Assembly: GCA_965232255.1 (NCBI GenBank)
Contig: OZ246962.1
Span: 1,345,113-1,369,112 of the forward strand
DNA length: 24,000 nucleotides
DNA from: Endozoicomonas sp.
GTDB lineage: Bacteria; Pseudomonadota; Gammaproteobacteria; Pseudomonadales; Endozoicomonadaceae
Direction: 5' to 3'
Positions 1-11,347 of this stretch are shown piece by piece. Numbering within the stretch: the first letter of the stretch is position 1; the number at the start of each line of letters is the position of its first letter. The notes under the pieces are model-generated. The model ran no database searches. It was not told where the DNA came from and saw only the letters and a list, made by a program, of their open reading frames with translations. Both the position numbers and the translations under genes were made by a program.

Positions 1-313
1 TCACCCACTGATCAGCTTTTATTGGTTAATCAGTGATCGGGACAGCCATCCTGACACAGCGCGGTAATGCCCTAGCTCTCACGTTGATCGCTCTTCAATG
101 AGTACATAAACCTATTTTAAGTGGGCTGTTATACATTCCATCCAGGCACACTACCGCACCCACAAACTTTCATTTTTTAGGGCTAGGCGTAGGGAGAGTA
201 GGGATGTTGGAAATCTTGGTAGCAAATATACTCAAAGATAAACTTGGGTGCTACTTTATTAAACAGAAATAGCAGGGGGTAAAGGCATTCTTGCTTGCAC
301 ATTTTTCAGCTTA

Positions 314-753
314 TTAGCTGAGCATTGGTTTAAGAAAACGTCCGGTATGAGACTGTGCAATCTTGGCTACTGCTTCTGGTGTGCCAGTGACAATAATCTG
401 AGTGCCACCGTCACCGCCTTCTGGCCCAAGGTCAACAATCCAGTCTGCCGTTTTGATAACATCCAGATTATGCTCAATCACCACCACACTGTTGTCGTGG
501 TCGTGCAGGCGATGAAGTACTGTTAACAGTTGTTTAATGTCGTGAAAGTGCAGGCCGGTGGTGGGCTCATCGAGAATATACAACGTTTTACCGGTATCAC
601 GTTTGGATAGCTCTTTGGCCAGCTTCACCCGTTGTGCCTCGCTGCCAGCGAGCGTTGTAGCATTCTGGCCCAAGTGGATATACGAGAGTCCTAGTCCATC
701 AGGATGTGCATTTTGCGCTTAATCGCCGGAATCGGCCCAAAGTAAAGTATTGC
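314..753 (-). pseudogene. uvrA: uvrA remnant: only the last ~145 codons of excinuclease ABC subunit A, frameshifted
   Basis: ORF 314..673 ([66 protein letters not shown]) is collinear with the extreme C-terminus of E. coli UvrA as I recall it. Homology continues upstream in another frame ([17 protein letters not shown], the end of ORF 691..918), so there is a frameshift near 690-700. The ABC signature LSGGE reads LAGSE. About 800 N-terminal codons are missing. Confidence 0.75.
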
Positions 754-918
754 AGGGCTTTCTTTGTCAGCAACGACTGTTTCTGCCTCAGGGGTCTTTG
801 CCAATAGGGTCAGTGCGACCGTGCAATCATTGACTTCACCACCCATGATTTCAAAGGCGATGCGTAGCCCGCAAGCATTAACTGATAAGTGAATTTTAAT
901 GCGTGCATAAAATGCCAA
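754..918 (-). mobile_element. IS4/IS5-superfamily DDE transposase fragment, with no intact ORF and no identifiable ends
   Basis: The first ~55 aa of ORF 691..918 (RIKIHLSVNACGLRIAFEIMGGEVNDCTVALTLLAKTPEAETVVADK) fit the recalled IS5-type pattern KIHxxxDxxGxPxxxxxTxGxxxDxxxAxxLL...ADKGYD. The fragment runs directly into the uvrA-derived sequence. Confidence 0.35.
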
Positions 919-1218
919 CAGTCCCTAGTGACTACTACCTGTGTACCACGTACTTCCCCGAAAGTGACTGAAATTACAGTGGTGATAAGCTGGATCACAA
1001 GCCCTTTTCAACATGTCGCCGAAGGGGTTGTTTGTTTGTGCGTCGTGCTGGCTCAATCGTTGATCCGGCATAGATAAGAAGTGAAAAGCTATCGTACTCT
1101 CTTGCCGTTTTATGGACCAGGCTGCTCCTGTCGGGTAAGTGTTAAGTCGACAGACCAGCGATTCACCATTCATAACTCGTGCCGGAGTTTTGCCAGTCTA
1201 TGTTACGAGGTATGTATC

Positions 1219-1509
1219 ATGAGTATAAATATCGACCAACAAGAAGCTGCCACTGGTTCAAAATCCGGGAATGGTAAAGTGCATGAAGCACTGGACCACC
1301 TGTCGCACAAGGCAACAGCCGCCGAGGATTATGTCCGCCATCATGCCGGGAGGGCTGCCCACGCTGCCCATGCTGGAGAGCAGGAGTTGGAGCATGCCCT
1401 CAAATACTCCTCAGAAAAGGCCAAAGACTTTATCGAGCATAACCCCATGATCTCTGCCGGCATTGCCTTTGGTGCCGGGGTCCTGCTTACTGTGTTGCTG
1501 CGCAAGTAG
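1219..1509 (+). CDS. DUF883 (ElaB/YqjD/YgaM family) C-tail-anchored stress protein
   Basis: The ATG at 1219 is preceded by GAGG 8 nt upstream. The 96-aa product has a charged, His/Ala-rich helical N-part and the family-typical C-terminal anchor (NPMISAGIAFGAGVLLTVLLRK). The longer track ORF starting at 1081 adds a non-protein-like extension. Confidence 0.75.
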   Translation: MSINIDQQEAATGSKSGNGKVHEALDHLSHKATAAEDYVRHHAGRAAHAAHAGEQELEHALKYSSEKAKDFIEHNPMISAGIAFGAGVLLTVLLRK

Positions 1510-1515
1510 CCACCC

Positions 1516-1956
1516 ATGACAGAGCAGCAAATAAAGCAACAGCCTGAATTATGCCCCGAGTCGTCGATAGTGGATCAGCTGTTGATTGTTCTCAACCTCT
1601 GGCTTAAACGTCTCGGGGCCTTGCAAGAATTGGCGATTGCCGAAACCCAACTTAATATCCGGGTACTTGCAGCAATCACAGGTTTGGTTGTGGCTATGGT
1701 TCTGGTGAGTATCAGCCTTTGGGTGAGTGCGCTGGCGGCCATTGGGATGATTGCATACTGGCTAACGAAAAGTCTGCTGCTGGCCGTAGTGATTGTGATC
1801 GTTTTTCAGTGTCTGATGTTGTGGTGGCTGTTAGTCAATATACGCCAGGTCCAGACGAAACTGGGCTATCGACGTACGACTGATGCTCTGCGCGCACTTG
1901 TCCAGCCAGTCCCTGCCAACACCGATGCTGTCCGGGAGCAAAGCAATGCTGGTTGA
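1516..1956 (+). CDS. YqjE-like inner membrane protein (phage-holin-3_6 / DUF1469-like architecture)
   Basis: It starts 7 nt after the DUF883 gene. The product has two long hydrophobic helices after an amphipathic LKRLGALQELAIAETQL segment. The gene order matches E. coli yqjD-yqjE-yqjK. Confidence 0.6.
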   Translation: MTEQQIKQQPELCPESSIVDQLLIVLNLWLKRLGALQELAIAETQLNIRVLAAITGLVVAMVLVSISLWVSALAAIGMIAYWLTKSLLLAVVIVIVFQCLMLWWLLVNIRQVQTKLGYRRTTDALRALVQPVPANTDAVREQSNAG

Positions 1957-2212
1957 GCGTTTTCTGTTGGCCGATGAGCGCAATGTTGAGCATCGAAGCC
2001 AACTTTCACAACAGCTGGCCCGGCAGGAGCATCTTCACAGAGAGCAGTTGTGGGTACAGCTGACCCAGACGCCCAAAGGGCTGCTCACCTTGGTTTGTCT
2101 TGGTGCCGGGACTGCTGTCGGGTTTGAGTATCTTCGTCGATCAGTGGGCGCTTCATGGCTTAAAATCGGTGCGCGGGCGTTGTGGAAACAAATAATGGAG
2201 AGATTGCTTTGA
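1946..2212 (+). CDS. YqjK-like small membrane protein
   Basis: The ATG at 1946 overlaps the upstream stop by 11 nt, suggesting translational coupling. The product has a coiled/charged N-part followed by one TM helix (LLTLVCLGAGTAVGF), and it occupies the third position of a yqjDEK-like module. The start could instead be 1925 or 1883. Confidence 0.45.
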   Translation: MLVERFLLADERNVEHRSQLSQQLARQEHLHREQLWVQLTQTPKGLLTLVCLGAGTAVGFEYLRRSVGASWLKIGARALWKQIMERLL

Positions 2213-2220
2213 GCGCGTCC

Positions 2221-2238
2221 CGCCCCTGGATTGGGGCG
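2221..2238. terminator. GC-rich hairpin between convergent genes
   Basis: cgcccc-tggatt-ggggcg forms a 6-bp stem between the yqjK-like stop (2212) and the dmsC stop (2253). There is no clear U-tract. Confidence 0.3.
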
Positions 2239-2252
2239 AGAACGATGCGTGG

Positions 2253-3089
2253 CTACAGCGCCAGCATATACGTATCATAGAAGAATATACGACCACATAT
2301 TTCTGCTATCAACACCAGAACGGTACTGGTTGCCGCCAGGGCAACGCCGGTATTATTGCCACGGGTAGCGGAGATAATCCAAAAACCCAGACCAGCAAAC
2401 AGCAAGGCGGTGTGCGCCAGTATCAACGTGGCGTGATAATCGAACCGGCTTAATAGGCTGGCATCTACCTGACCAAGCCAGAACACGTAGAGTGGGTACG
2501 CTGCCATTGCCACACCCAGGGCAATAAAACCAAGGGTTGCCAGGGCACGATCAGCATTTCTCTGATAAACACCAAGCCCTGTGGCCCCAGCCCTAAGTAC
2601 CAGCGCTGCCATTGGCAGCCCAACGACAAATGCCGTTAGTACAAACTGAAACACGGTCCAGAAACTGTTCCAGGTCGGCACTGTATCCAGGGTATAGACA
2701 TTGGCAATCGCCAATAGCAGCGCAACACCCAATCCCATAGCAGCGGCCAGCACCAACTTTTGCAACTTGGCCAGAATGTCAAAGTGCGCCATGGCTCCAT
2801 AGACAAACACCGCACCACCAAACACAGCGGTGGTGATTATCTCAAGGCTTAAGGGTGATAAATGCTCCAGGCCAAAGACAACATTAAGTGCTCGCAATGG
2901 CTGTCCCAAGTGAGTCATCGCCAGAATACCGGCGATACCCAACAATACCAGTACCAGCACCATAAACCGACTCAGTGTTCGCTTGCGATCCGGACTCCGG
3001 TTAAACAGCAACAGGGTGGCCAGTACCAGGAACAGGCCAACAGTGCCCTGCGCCAGTACAGTGAAAAAAACTAATGGCAACTCGTGCAT
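2253..3089 (-). CDS. dmsC: Anaerobic DMSO reductase membrane anchor subunit C
   Basis: The 278-aa polytopic membrane protein begins MHELPLVFFTVLAQGTVGLF, comparable to E. coli DmsC (HEWPLMIFTVFGQC...), and carries the DTVPTWNSFWT motif. It lies immediately downstream of dmsB. Confidence 0.9.
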   Translation of the reverse strand: MHELPLVFFTVLAQGTVGLFLVLATLLLFNRSPDRKRTLSRFMVLVLVLLGIAGILAMTHLGQPLRALNVVFGLEHLSPLSLEIITTAVFGGAVFVYGAMAHFDILAKLQKLVLAAAMGLGVALLLAIANVYTLDTVPTWNSFWTVFQFVLTAFVVGLPMAALVLRAGATGLGVYQRNADRALATLGFIALGVAMAAYPLYVFWLGQVDASLLSRFDYHATLILAHTALLFAGLGFWIISATRGNNTGVALAATSTVLVLIAEICGRIFFYDTYMLAL

Positions 3090-3091
3090 AA

Positions 3092-3712
3092 CTATACTTC
3101 CCGTGTATTAATGATGCGCCCGGTGTGATCACCAGAAGGTTTGGCATTGCGACCAGCTTTAAGCACCAGCGATGGTCCGGTCAATGAGGAATCCGGTAGT
3201 GGTGCCATGTCAGCCTCAGTACCGTATTTGGCCCGCAGCTCAGCAATAGGACCAAAATCCAGCGCGCGCAACGGGCAGGATTCGATACAAATCGGCTTTT
3301 TACCCTGCTCTACCCGGTCATAACAGCCGTCACACTTGCTCATGACTTTCTTTTCAGCGTTGAACTGCGGGGCACCATAAGGACAAGCCATTTCGCAATA
3401 ACGACAGCCGACGCAGACATCCTGATTTACCAACACCAGACCATCGTTCTCCCGCTTGTGCATGGCACCGGTTGGGCACGCCTTGGTACAGGCAGGTTTG
3501 GCACAATGATTACAGCTGATGGATGTATAGTAGGCAAATACATTTTGCTGGTAAGTGCCGTCTTCATTCTGAAACCAGCTACCACCGGCGTATTCATAGA
3601 CCCGGCGCCAATTCACGCCCACAGTCAGGTCGTTCTCGTCTTTACACGACAGTTGACAGGTTTTGCAACCGGTACACTTGGCCGTATCGACATAAAATCC
3701 CAGTTGAGTCAT
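3092..3712 (-). CDS. dmsB: Anaerobic DMSO reductase 4Fe-4S subunit B
   Basis: The 206-aa product is collinear with E. coli DmsB as recalled: GFYVDTAKCTGCKTCQLSCKD, NVFAYYTSISCNHCAKPACTKACPTGAMHKRE, CVGCRYCEMACPYGAPQ, KCDGCYDRVEQGKKPICIESCPLRALDFGP. These give four Cys clusters. Confidence 0.95.
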   Translation of the reverse strand: MTQLGFYVDTAKCTGCKTCQLSCKDENDLTVGVNWRRVYEYAGGSWFQNEDGTYQQNVFAYYTSISCNHCAKPACTKACPTGAMHKRENDGLVLVNQDVCVGCRYCEMACPYGAPQFNAEKKVMSKCDGCYDRVEQGKKPICIESCPLRALDFGPIAELRAKYGTEADMAPLPDSSLTGPSLVLKAGRNAKPSGDHTGRIINTREV

Positions 3713-3726
3713 CGAATTTTATCTCC

Positions 3727-6150
3727 TCAAACCTTGGCAATTTCGACCAGGTTAGTGTGCATCGGGTTACCCTTGGACAACGGCGTGTTGCGCTGAGTAC
3801 TCACCACATTGAATGAACCACCACGGTCAATACCGTCTTTACCGGGCATATACCAGGCACCTTCTGCCAGCGCGACCACGCCCGGTATAATGCGTGGCGT
3901 CACTTTGGCCGGCACTCGTGTTTCCCCACGGTCATTCCACACCCTGAGCATATCGCCGTCTTTGATGCCACGCGCCTCGGCGTCAACCGGATTCATCCAT
4001 ACCGCATCGGTCACCGCTTCACGCAGGAAGGCGACATTGTGATAAGTGGAGTGCACACGGCCTTTGGTGTGAAAACCAATAAGCTGCAACGGATACTTTT
4101 TGGTCAGTGGATCGACATGACTTTCCCAGGTCGCAACGTATTGCGGTAGCGGCGTAATCACGTCGCCGGCAGGCAAAATCCACTCAGCAGCAATATTGGC
4201 CAACTGCTCAGAGTAGATTTCCAGTTTGCCCGATGGTGTACCCAACGGGTTTTGCTGCGGGTTCTTACGAAATGCCTCAAGGGCAATACGCCCGGTCTTG
4301 GGTGCCAGCTGAGTATAAGGGCCGTCACGACGCAAATCGGCCAGCGGTGGCACTCCTGGCTCCTCCTGACGCAGTTGTTCGTACAGCACCTCAACCCACT
4401 GCTCATGGGTTTTGCCCTCGGTAAACTGCTCCTCCAGACCAAAACGCTTGGCAATACCAGCACAGATATCATATGCACTGCGACAGTCGTACATTGGCGT
4501 GATGGCGGGTACCAGTGGAATTGCCGCACCGAGACTGCCCGATGCGTAACCGTTGCTGGTCACCTCGTAGTTTTCGATGGTCATGATGTCCGGCAGCAGG
4601 ATATCGGCAAAGCGAGCGGTGGGTGTCATATGGTTATCAATGACCAGAATAAACTCACACTGTTTATCATCGGACAAAATCTCTTTTGTCCGATTAATTT
4701 GCGAGTGCTGGTTCAGGGTAACGTTACCGGCATAATTCCAGATAAACTTGATCGGATTTTTCAGGCGCTCGGCTCCCTGAATCCCGTCGGTTTTATCGGT
4801 CATCTCGTGGCTGCGATAGATGGCATCGGTCCACTTAAAGAAGGGAATCGCCGTCTTTACCGGATTGTGGCCCGTAGGCAGCGTTTTCACCGGGAAATCG
4901 TAGTTGCCAGGCATCTCTCCGGTATTGGTGCCTGGCAAACCGATATTGCCAGTGAGAATCGGCAACATACAGATGGCACGACTGGCCTCCTCACCATTGG
5001 CCTGACGCTGGATACCAGTACCCTGAACGATATAAGCCGGCTTGGCCATGCCAATTTCCCGGGCCAGCTGGATAATCTTTTTCTCCGGAATACCGGTAAC
5101 GACAGAGGCCCACTTGGGCGTTTTGGCGATTCCATCTGCACCCTGACCGAGAATATGCGCCTTATAGTGACCGTTCTTCGGGGCGCTGGCTGGCAATGTT
5201 TTTTCATCGTAACCAACACAGAACTGATCAAGAAACGCTTCGTCCACCAGCTTTTCGTTAATCAGTACCCAGGCCATGCCTTCCACCAGCGCCGCATCAG
5301 TACCAGGGCGAATGGGAATCCACTCGGACTCTTTGCCCAGCATGGTATCGGTGTAACGCGGGTCAATAATAATGGTGCGAATGTTTTTGCTGTTCACGGC
5401 GTTGATGTATTCATAAATTTCACCACCGCCACTCATCCGGGTTTCAGCCGGGTTGTAGCCAAACATCACCAGCAATTCGGCGTTGGCAATTTCGCTGGTG
5501 TAGCTGCCGAAAGCAGCCGGACGACCGCCACCGAAGGTAAACGGCAGGGCGCACTGAATCTGACCCCAGCTGTAGTTACCGTGGTAGTTCAGATAACCAC
5601 CCAGCAGGTTCAGCAGCCGTTTGGAGGAATATGGACCATCACTCCGATAACCTTGGGTGCCAGAGCCGTATTGATAGTAAATGGCATCGTTGCCATAAGT
5701 ATCAATGGTGTATTTCAGCTGTTTGGCAACGGTGTCCAGTGCCTCATCCCAGCTGATGCGCTCAAAGCGACCTTCGCCGCGCTTGCCAACGCGCTTCATC
5801 GGGTATTTTAGACGATCAGTGTTGTATACCCGCTGCTTGATGGAACGACCACGCAAGCACGCGCGAATCTGGTGCTGACCATAGATATCATTACCCCGGT
5901 TATCCGACTCAACGTGGGTAATCACACCGTCTTTGGTATGAACCTGGAGCGGACACCGGCTGCCGCAGTTGACCATACAGGCTGTCCAGGTCACCTTCTC
6001 TTGTGGTGTCGGGGTCGCATCGGCGGCAATGGCCTTGAGTGGCAGGGCAGTACTGGCAAGCGCAGCAGCACTGCCGGTTGCGGCCCCCCATTTAATAAAG
6101 GTTCTGCGCTTGATGGCAGACGACAAAGCGTTATCGAGGAACTTTTTCAT
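3727..6150 (-). CDS. dmsA: Anaerobic DMSO reductase molybdopterin catalytic subunit A, Tat-exported
   Basis: The 807-aa product has a twin-arginine leader (KRRTFIKWGAATGSAAALA), an N-terminal Cys cluster (CMVNCGSRCPLQVH) and the typical MopB-family length. Gene order is dmsA-dmsB-dmsC. Substrate specificity within the DmsA/YnfE family cannot be fixed from sequence alone. Confidence 0.9.
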   Translation of the reverse strand: MKKFLDNALSSAIKRRTFIKWGAATGSAAALASTALPLKAIAADATPTPQEKVTWTACMVNCGSRCPLQVHTKDGVITHVESDNRGNDIYGQHQIRACLRGRSIKQRVYNTDRLKYPMKRVGKRGEGRFERISWDEALDTVAKQLKYTIDTYGNDAIYYQYGSGTQGYRSDGPYSSKRLLNLLGGYLNYHGNYSWGQIQCALPFTFGGGRPAAFGSYTSEIANAELLVMFGYNPAETRMSGGGEIYEYINAVNSKNIRTIIIDPRYTDTMLGKESEWIPIRPGTDAALVEGMAWVLINEKLVDEAFLDQFCVGYDEKTLPASAPKNGHYKAHILGQGADGIAKTPKWASVVTGIPEKKIIQLAREIGMAKPAYIVQGTGIQRQANGEEASRAICMLPILTGNIGLPGTNTGEMPGNYDFPVKTLPTGHNPVKTAIPFFKWTDAIYRSHEMTDKTDGIQGAERLKNPIKFIWNYAGNVTLNQHSQINRTKEILSDDKQCEFILVIDNHMTPTARFADILLPDIMTIENYEVTSNGYASGSLGAAIPLVPAITPMYDCRSAYDICAGIAKRFGLEEQFTEGKTHEQWVEVLYEQLRQEEPGVPPLADLRRDGPYTQLAPKTGRIALEAFRKNPQQNPLGTPSGKLEIYSEQLANIAAEWILPAGDVITPLPQYVATWESHVDPLTKKYPLQLIGFHTKGRVHSTYHNVAFLREAVTDAVWMNPVDAEARGIKDGDMLRVWNDRGETRVPAKVTPRIIPGVVALAEGAWYMPGKDGIDRGGSFNVVSTQRNTPLSKGNPMHTNLVEIAKV

Positions 6151-6391
6151 TTGCTTGATAGTTTTACCGGGGACTGTTAGATGTCGTGCTCAGCCAGGGC
6201 AATGGTGCCGAAATAATGGCATCGCCCACGGCTAACGTCTTTCGGTCTCAGGCAAATAAATGCGGGCATTACTGCCTTTTATGAGGTTCATAGCCCATGA
6301 AACCGAAGAACAGCTCTTACTGCACAGATCAGGGACTCTCTGCAACGAAGGGCATCTGTTGTACAAATGATGAACTTAAAAGTGATTGGGT

Positions 6392-6433
6392 ATAATAAGC
6401 CCAGATAATGAACAATCGATTGATATGGATCAA
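6392..6433 (-). promoter_or_regulatory. Class II FNR-type promoter for dmsABC: FNR box plus -10
   Basis: TTGATATGGATCAA at 6420-6433 is a perfect TTGAT-N4-ATCAA box. On the minus strand, TATTAT (6397-6392) sits where a -10 hexamer should be if the box is centred at -41.5, which predicts a TSS near 6385. Confidence 0.6.
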
Positions 6434-6711
6434 TTTTTCAGCACTTCTTCGAGTAAGCACTAAGTAAGTGAGCACTAACCCGATATCCTTAAGATGCCGC
6501 CACACGCACTGTGGTATCTAATCTGGCAAAAAACAAATCTTGCAAAAAGAAATGAGCAATAACTGACTGGCATGGGAATACGTTTTGCCGGCAGCCATCT
6601 CTAGCTGACTGGGCGCCATTGCGGTAGCAGAAGTACCGGTTTTTCACCAGACTGATAAAAAAGGAGCGATCGCTGGTAGTGCACCAACGTCATTTGTGAA
6701 AAGAAAACCAG

Positions 6712-7860
<1,149 letters not shown>

Positions 7861-8133
7861 TCATAACTGAAGCACTCACAGGATACAAAAGGTGCAAAGC
7901 GACCTTTGCCGGTTGGGATGAAGGTGAATAGTAGACAATCCACAGAGGATTGCCGCTTTTCAATGTCGTTTGATGTTCTATCGCTTATTCACAACAATGA
8001 GCAAGTCAGCAACAGGTTAATCATAGGTTTTCAACAGATTATCCACATGCAATCGATTGTGGAGTGAGAGTAGGGGAGTCGGCTAGATTGCGCCAGCGAG
8101 CAAAAGTGCCATCTTCGCTGGTAATGCCCACCC

Positions 8134-8175
8134 TTGATATGGATCAAAATAACCTCAGCTTCTTTACAGTAGATT
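8134..8175 (+). promoter_or_regulatory. Class II FNR-type promoter for tpl: FNR box plus -10
   Basis: TTGATATGGATCAA at 8134-8147 is the identical 14-mer found upstream of dmsA. TAGATT at 8170-8175 lies exactly at -12..-7 for a box centred at -41.5. The predicted TSS is near 8182, 47 nt before the tpl ATG. Confidence 0.5.
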
Positions 8176-8210
8176 GATTTTTGCAGGATTAACATCTCTT
8201 AATAGAATAA

Positions 8211-9599
<1,389 letters not shown>

Positions 9600-9627
9600 T
9601 TAACTAGAAGGTTTGTTAGGGGGGGAG

Positions 9628-9668
9628 AATGTGGCTTTTGCGGATTTTTAGGTCTGCGGAGCCACATT
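9628..9668 (+). other. Intercistronic hairpin after tpl
   Basis: aatgtggct (9628-9636) pairs perfectly with agccacatt (9660-9668), giving a 9-bp stem and a 23-nt loop. It begins 29 nt after the tpl stop. No U-tract follows, so it is not a canonical terminator. Confidence 0.3.
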
Positions 9669-9770
9669 GATATTGCAGAATACCGGCTTTGCTGCTGTTC
9701 GATACATGTCTTTTTGTGTTGTGAAAATTCCTGCTGGAGCCGTTATTCACAACTTGTTGCTTTCGATAGC

Positions 9771-9804
9771 GATGTTGCGCCAATAAAGATGTTGCTCCAA
9801 TAAA
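9771..9804 (+). repeat. Tandem 17-nt direct repeat upstream of tyrP
   Basis: gatgttgcGccaataaa and gatgttgcTccaataaa lie back to back. A third TGTTGC occurs at 9755-9760. The repeat lies 44-77 nt upstream of the tyrP ATG. Confidence 0.6.
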
Positions 9805-9847
9805 AAAAGAGTTCAACAAATAATGTGCGTGCAAAAGGATTTCGTAT

Positions 9848-11059
9848 ATGAACAAGAACACGGGTTCCGGTGATATTGACAGCAGAAAAACTAATGGGCG
9901 CATGATTGGCGGAGGATTGATTATTGCCGGTACTGCCATTGGTGCCGGAATGCTGTCGTTGCCCATTGTCTCAGCCGGACTGGGATTTGGTGTTTCGTTG
10001 CTGATTATTATCGGTTTATGGGCGTTAATGACCTATACCGCGTTATTGATGCTCGAAGTTCATCAGCATGCTCACAGCACAGCAACGTTGCACACTTTGG
10101 CCAAACAGTTTCTGGGTGATAAAGGTAAATATCTGGCAGCTGTTGCCATGTTTTTCTTGTTTTATTCGTTGTGTGCCGCCTATATCGCCGGGGGTGGCAG
10201 TCAGGTAACTGTTCAGTTGAGTGAGGCATTCGCCACCGAGGTTGACGATAGTACAGGCGCTGTGTTGTTTACCATTATTGTTGCCGGCATTGTCCTGATT
10301 GGTACTCAATTTCTGGACAATGTTAATCGAGTGCTTTTTGCCCTGATGATCGGTGCAATGGTGCTGGTACTGCTCGCTCTGATGCCCAATGTTAAAGGCA
10401 GTTTGCTTGGCAGTATGCCGATGGGGTATGGGCTGGCCCTAACGGCATTGCCCGTTGTTTTTACCTCGTTTGGTTTTCACGGCAGTATTCCGGCCATTGT
10501 CGCTTATCTGGATGGCGATACCGAAAAACTCAAAAAGGCCATGTACATCGGTTCCTGTTTGCCATTGGTGATTTATGTCTTGTGGTTGCTGTGCACACTG
10601 GGGGTAGTCAGTCAATCTGAGCTTTATAAAAATAGTGAGCTGACGGCACTTATTGCCTTGTTATCAGCCACTATCTCAGGCTCTTGGCTGGAGAAATTCC
10701 TTAACCTGTTTGCCGAGCTGGCTTTGATTACCTCTTTTTTGGGGGTGAGCCTTGGCTTGTTTGAATTTATTCGTGACACCACTATTCGCTCGTTAAAGGG
10801 TAACCGGCTGTATATCGCTCTGCTGACTTATTTGCCACCTTTGGGATTTGCACTGTTCTATCCCGATGGCTTTATTTTGGCGCTGGGTTATGCCGCTATC
10901 GCCCTGGTTGTGCTGGCGGTATTCTTGCCAGTGGCCATGGCCTATAAGTCACGACAGGTTAATAAAGAAGGCTATCGGGTGGCTGGAGGGAATGCGTCAT
11001 TGATCATCTGTTTTCTTACCGGGGTTGTTATTATTGTTGCGCAACTGGTCGCCGCCTGA
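9848..11059 (+). CDS. tyrP: Tyrosine-specific permease (HAAAP family, TyrP/TutB-like)
   Basis: The 403-aa polytopic protein is collinear with E. coli TyrP as recalled: IIAGTAIGAGMLSLP, LWALMTYTALLMLEV, LPVVFTSFGFHGSIPAIVAYLDGD, ITSFLGVSLGLFEF, YLPPLGFALFYPDGFILALGYA. Its position downstream of tpl mirrors the tutA-tutB arrangement. Confidence 0.85.
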   Translation: MNKNTGSGDIDSRKTNGRMIGGGLIIAGTAIGAGMLSLPIVSAGLGFGVSLLIIIGLWALMTYTALLMLEVHQHAHSTATLHTLAKQFLGDKGKYLAAVAMFFLFYSLCAAYIAGGGSQVTVQLSEAFATEVDDSTGAVLFTIIVAGIVLIGTQFLDNVNRVLFALMIGAMVLVLLALMPNVKGSLLGSMPMGYGLALTALPVVFTSFGFHGSIPAIVAYLDGDTEKLKKAMYIGSCLPLVIYVLWLLCTLGVVSQSELYKNSELTALIALLSATISGSWLEKFLNLFAELALITSFLGVSLGLFEFIRDTTIRSLKGNRLYIALLTYLPPLGFALFYPDGFILALGYAAIALVVLAVFLPVAMAYKSRQVNKEGYRVAGGNASLIICFLTGVVIIVAQLVAA

Positions 11060-11347
11060 CGATGTCGATGTGTTACGACAACTTTGTTAATAAACACTGA
11101 TGCAAACGACAGGATAGATGAGCCGCGCAAGCTAAAGATACAGATTGCTGTTCCCGGCAAAGTTTGTCGTGACAACTATCTTTTATCTTTAAAAACGCCG
11201 GGAATGCACTTTGAAAAGTTTCAGGTTGCAATATAATATACGACGATATAGGTTTAGCTAATGGGAATAGCTGTCTTCGTCATCAGTCGGTGCGGTTGAT
11301 TCCGGGATCACAAATCCTACTCCCTCGAAATAACAACCTGATAACAC

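Noticed and set aside
297-330. Hairpin tcagct-tatt-agctga at the end of the uvrA remnant, considered as a terminator
   Set aside because: The T-run lies on the wrong side of the hairpin for the minus-strand transcript, and the stem overlaps the stop codon.
4252-5811. 519-aa ORF on the plus strand
   Set aside because: It is entirely antisense to dmsA, whose identity is unambiguous. The translation is low-complexity (rich in G, V, L and R) with no recognisable motif. It is a typical shadow ORF of a GC3-biased gene.
9616-9966. 116-aa minus-strand ORF spanning the tpl-tyrP spacer
   Set aside because: It overlaps the tyrP start in antisense and runs through the repeats and hairpins of the spacer.
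11294-11306. GGTTGATTCCGGG, resembling a tRNA T-arm (GGTTCGAATCC) and so a possible integration-site remnant
   Set aside because: The flanks cannot form a T-stem (3 bp at most). No acceptor or anticodon arm can be drawn.
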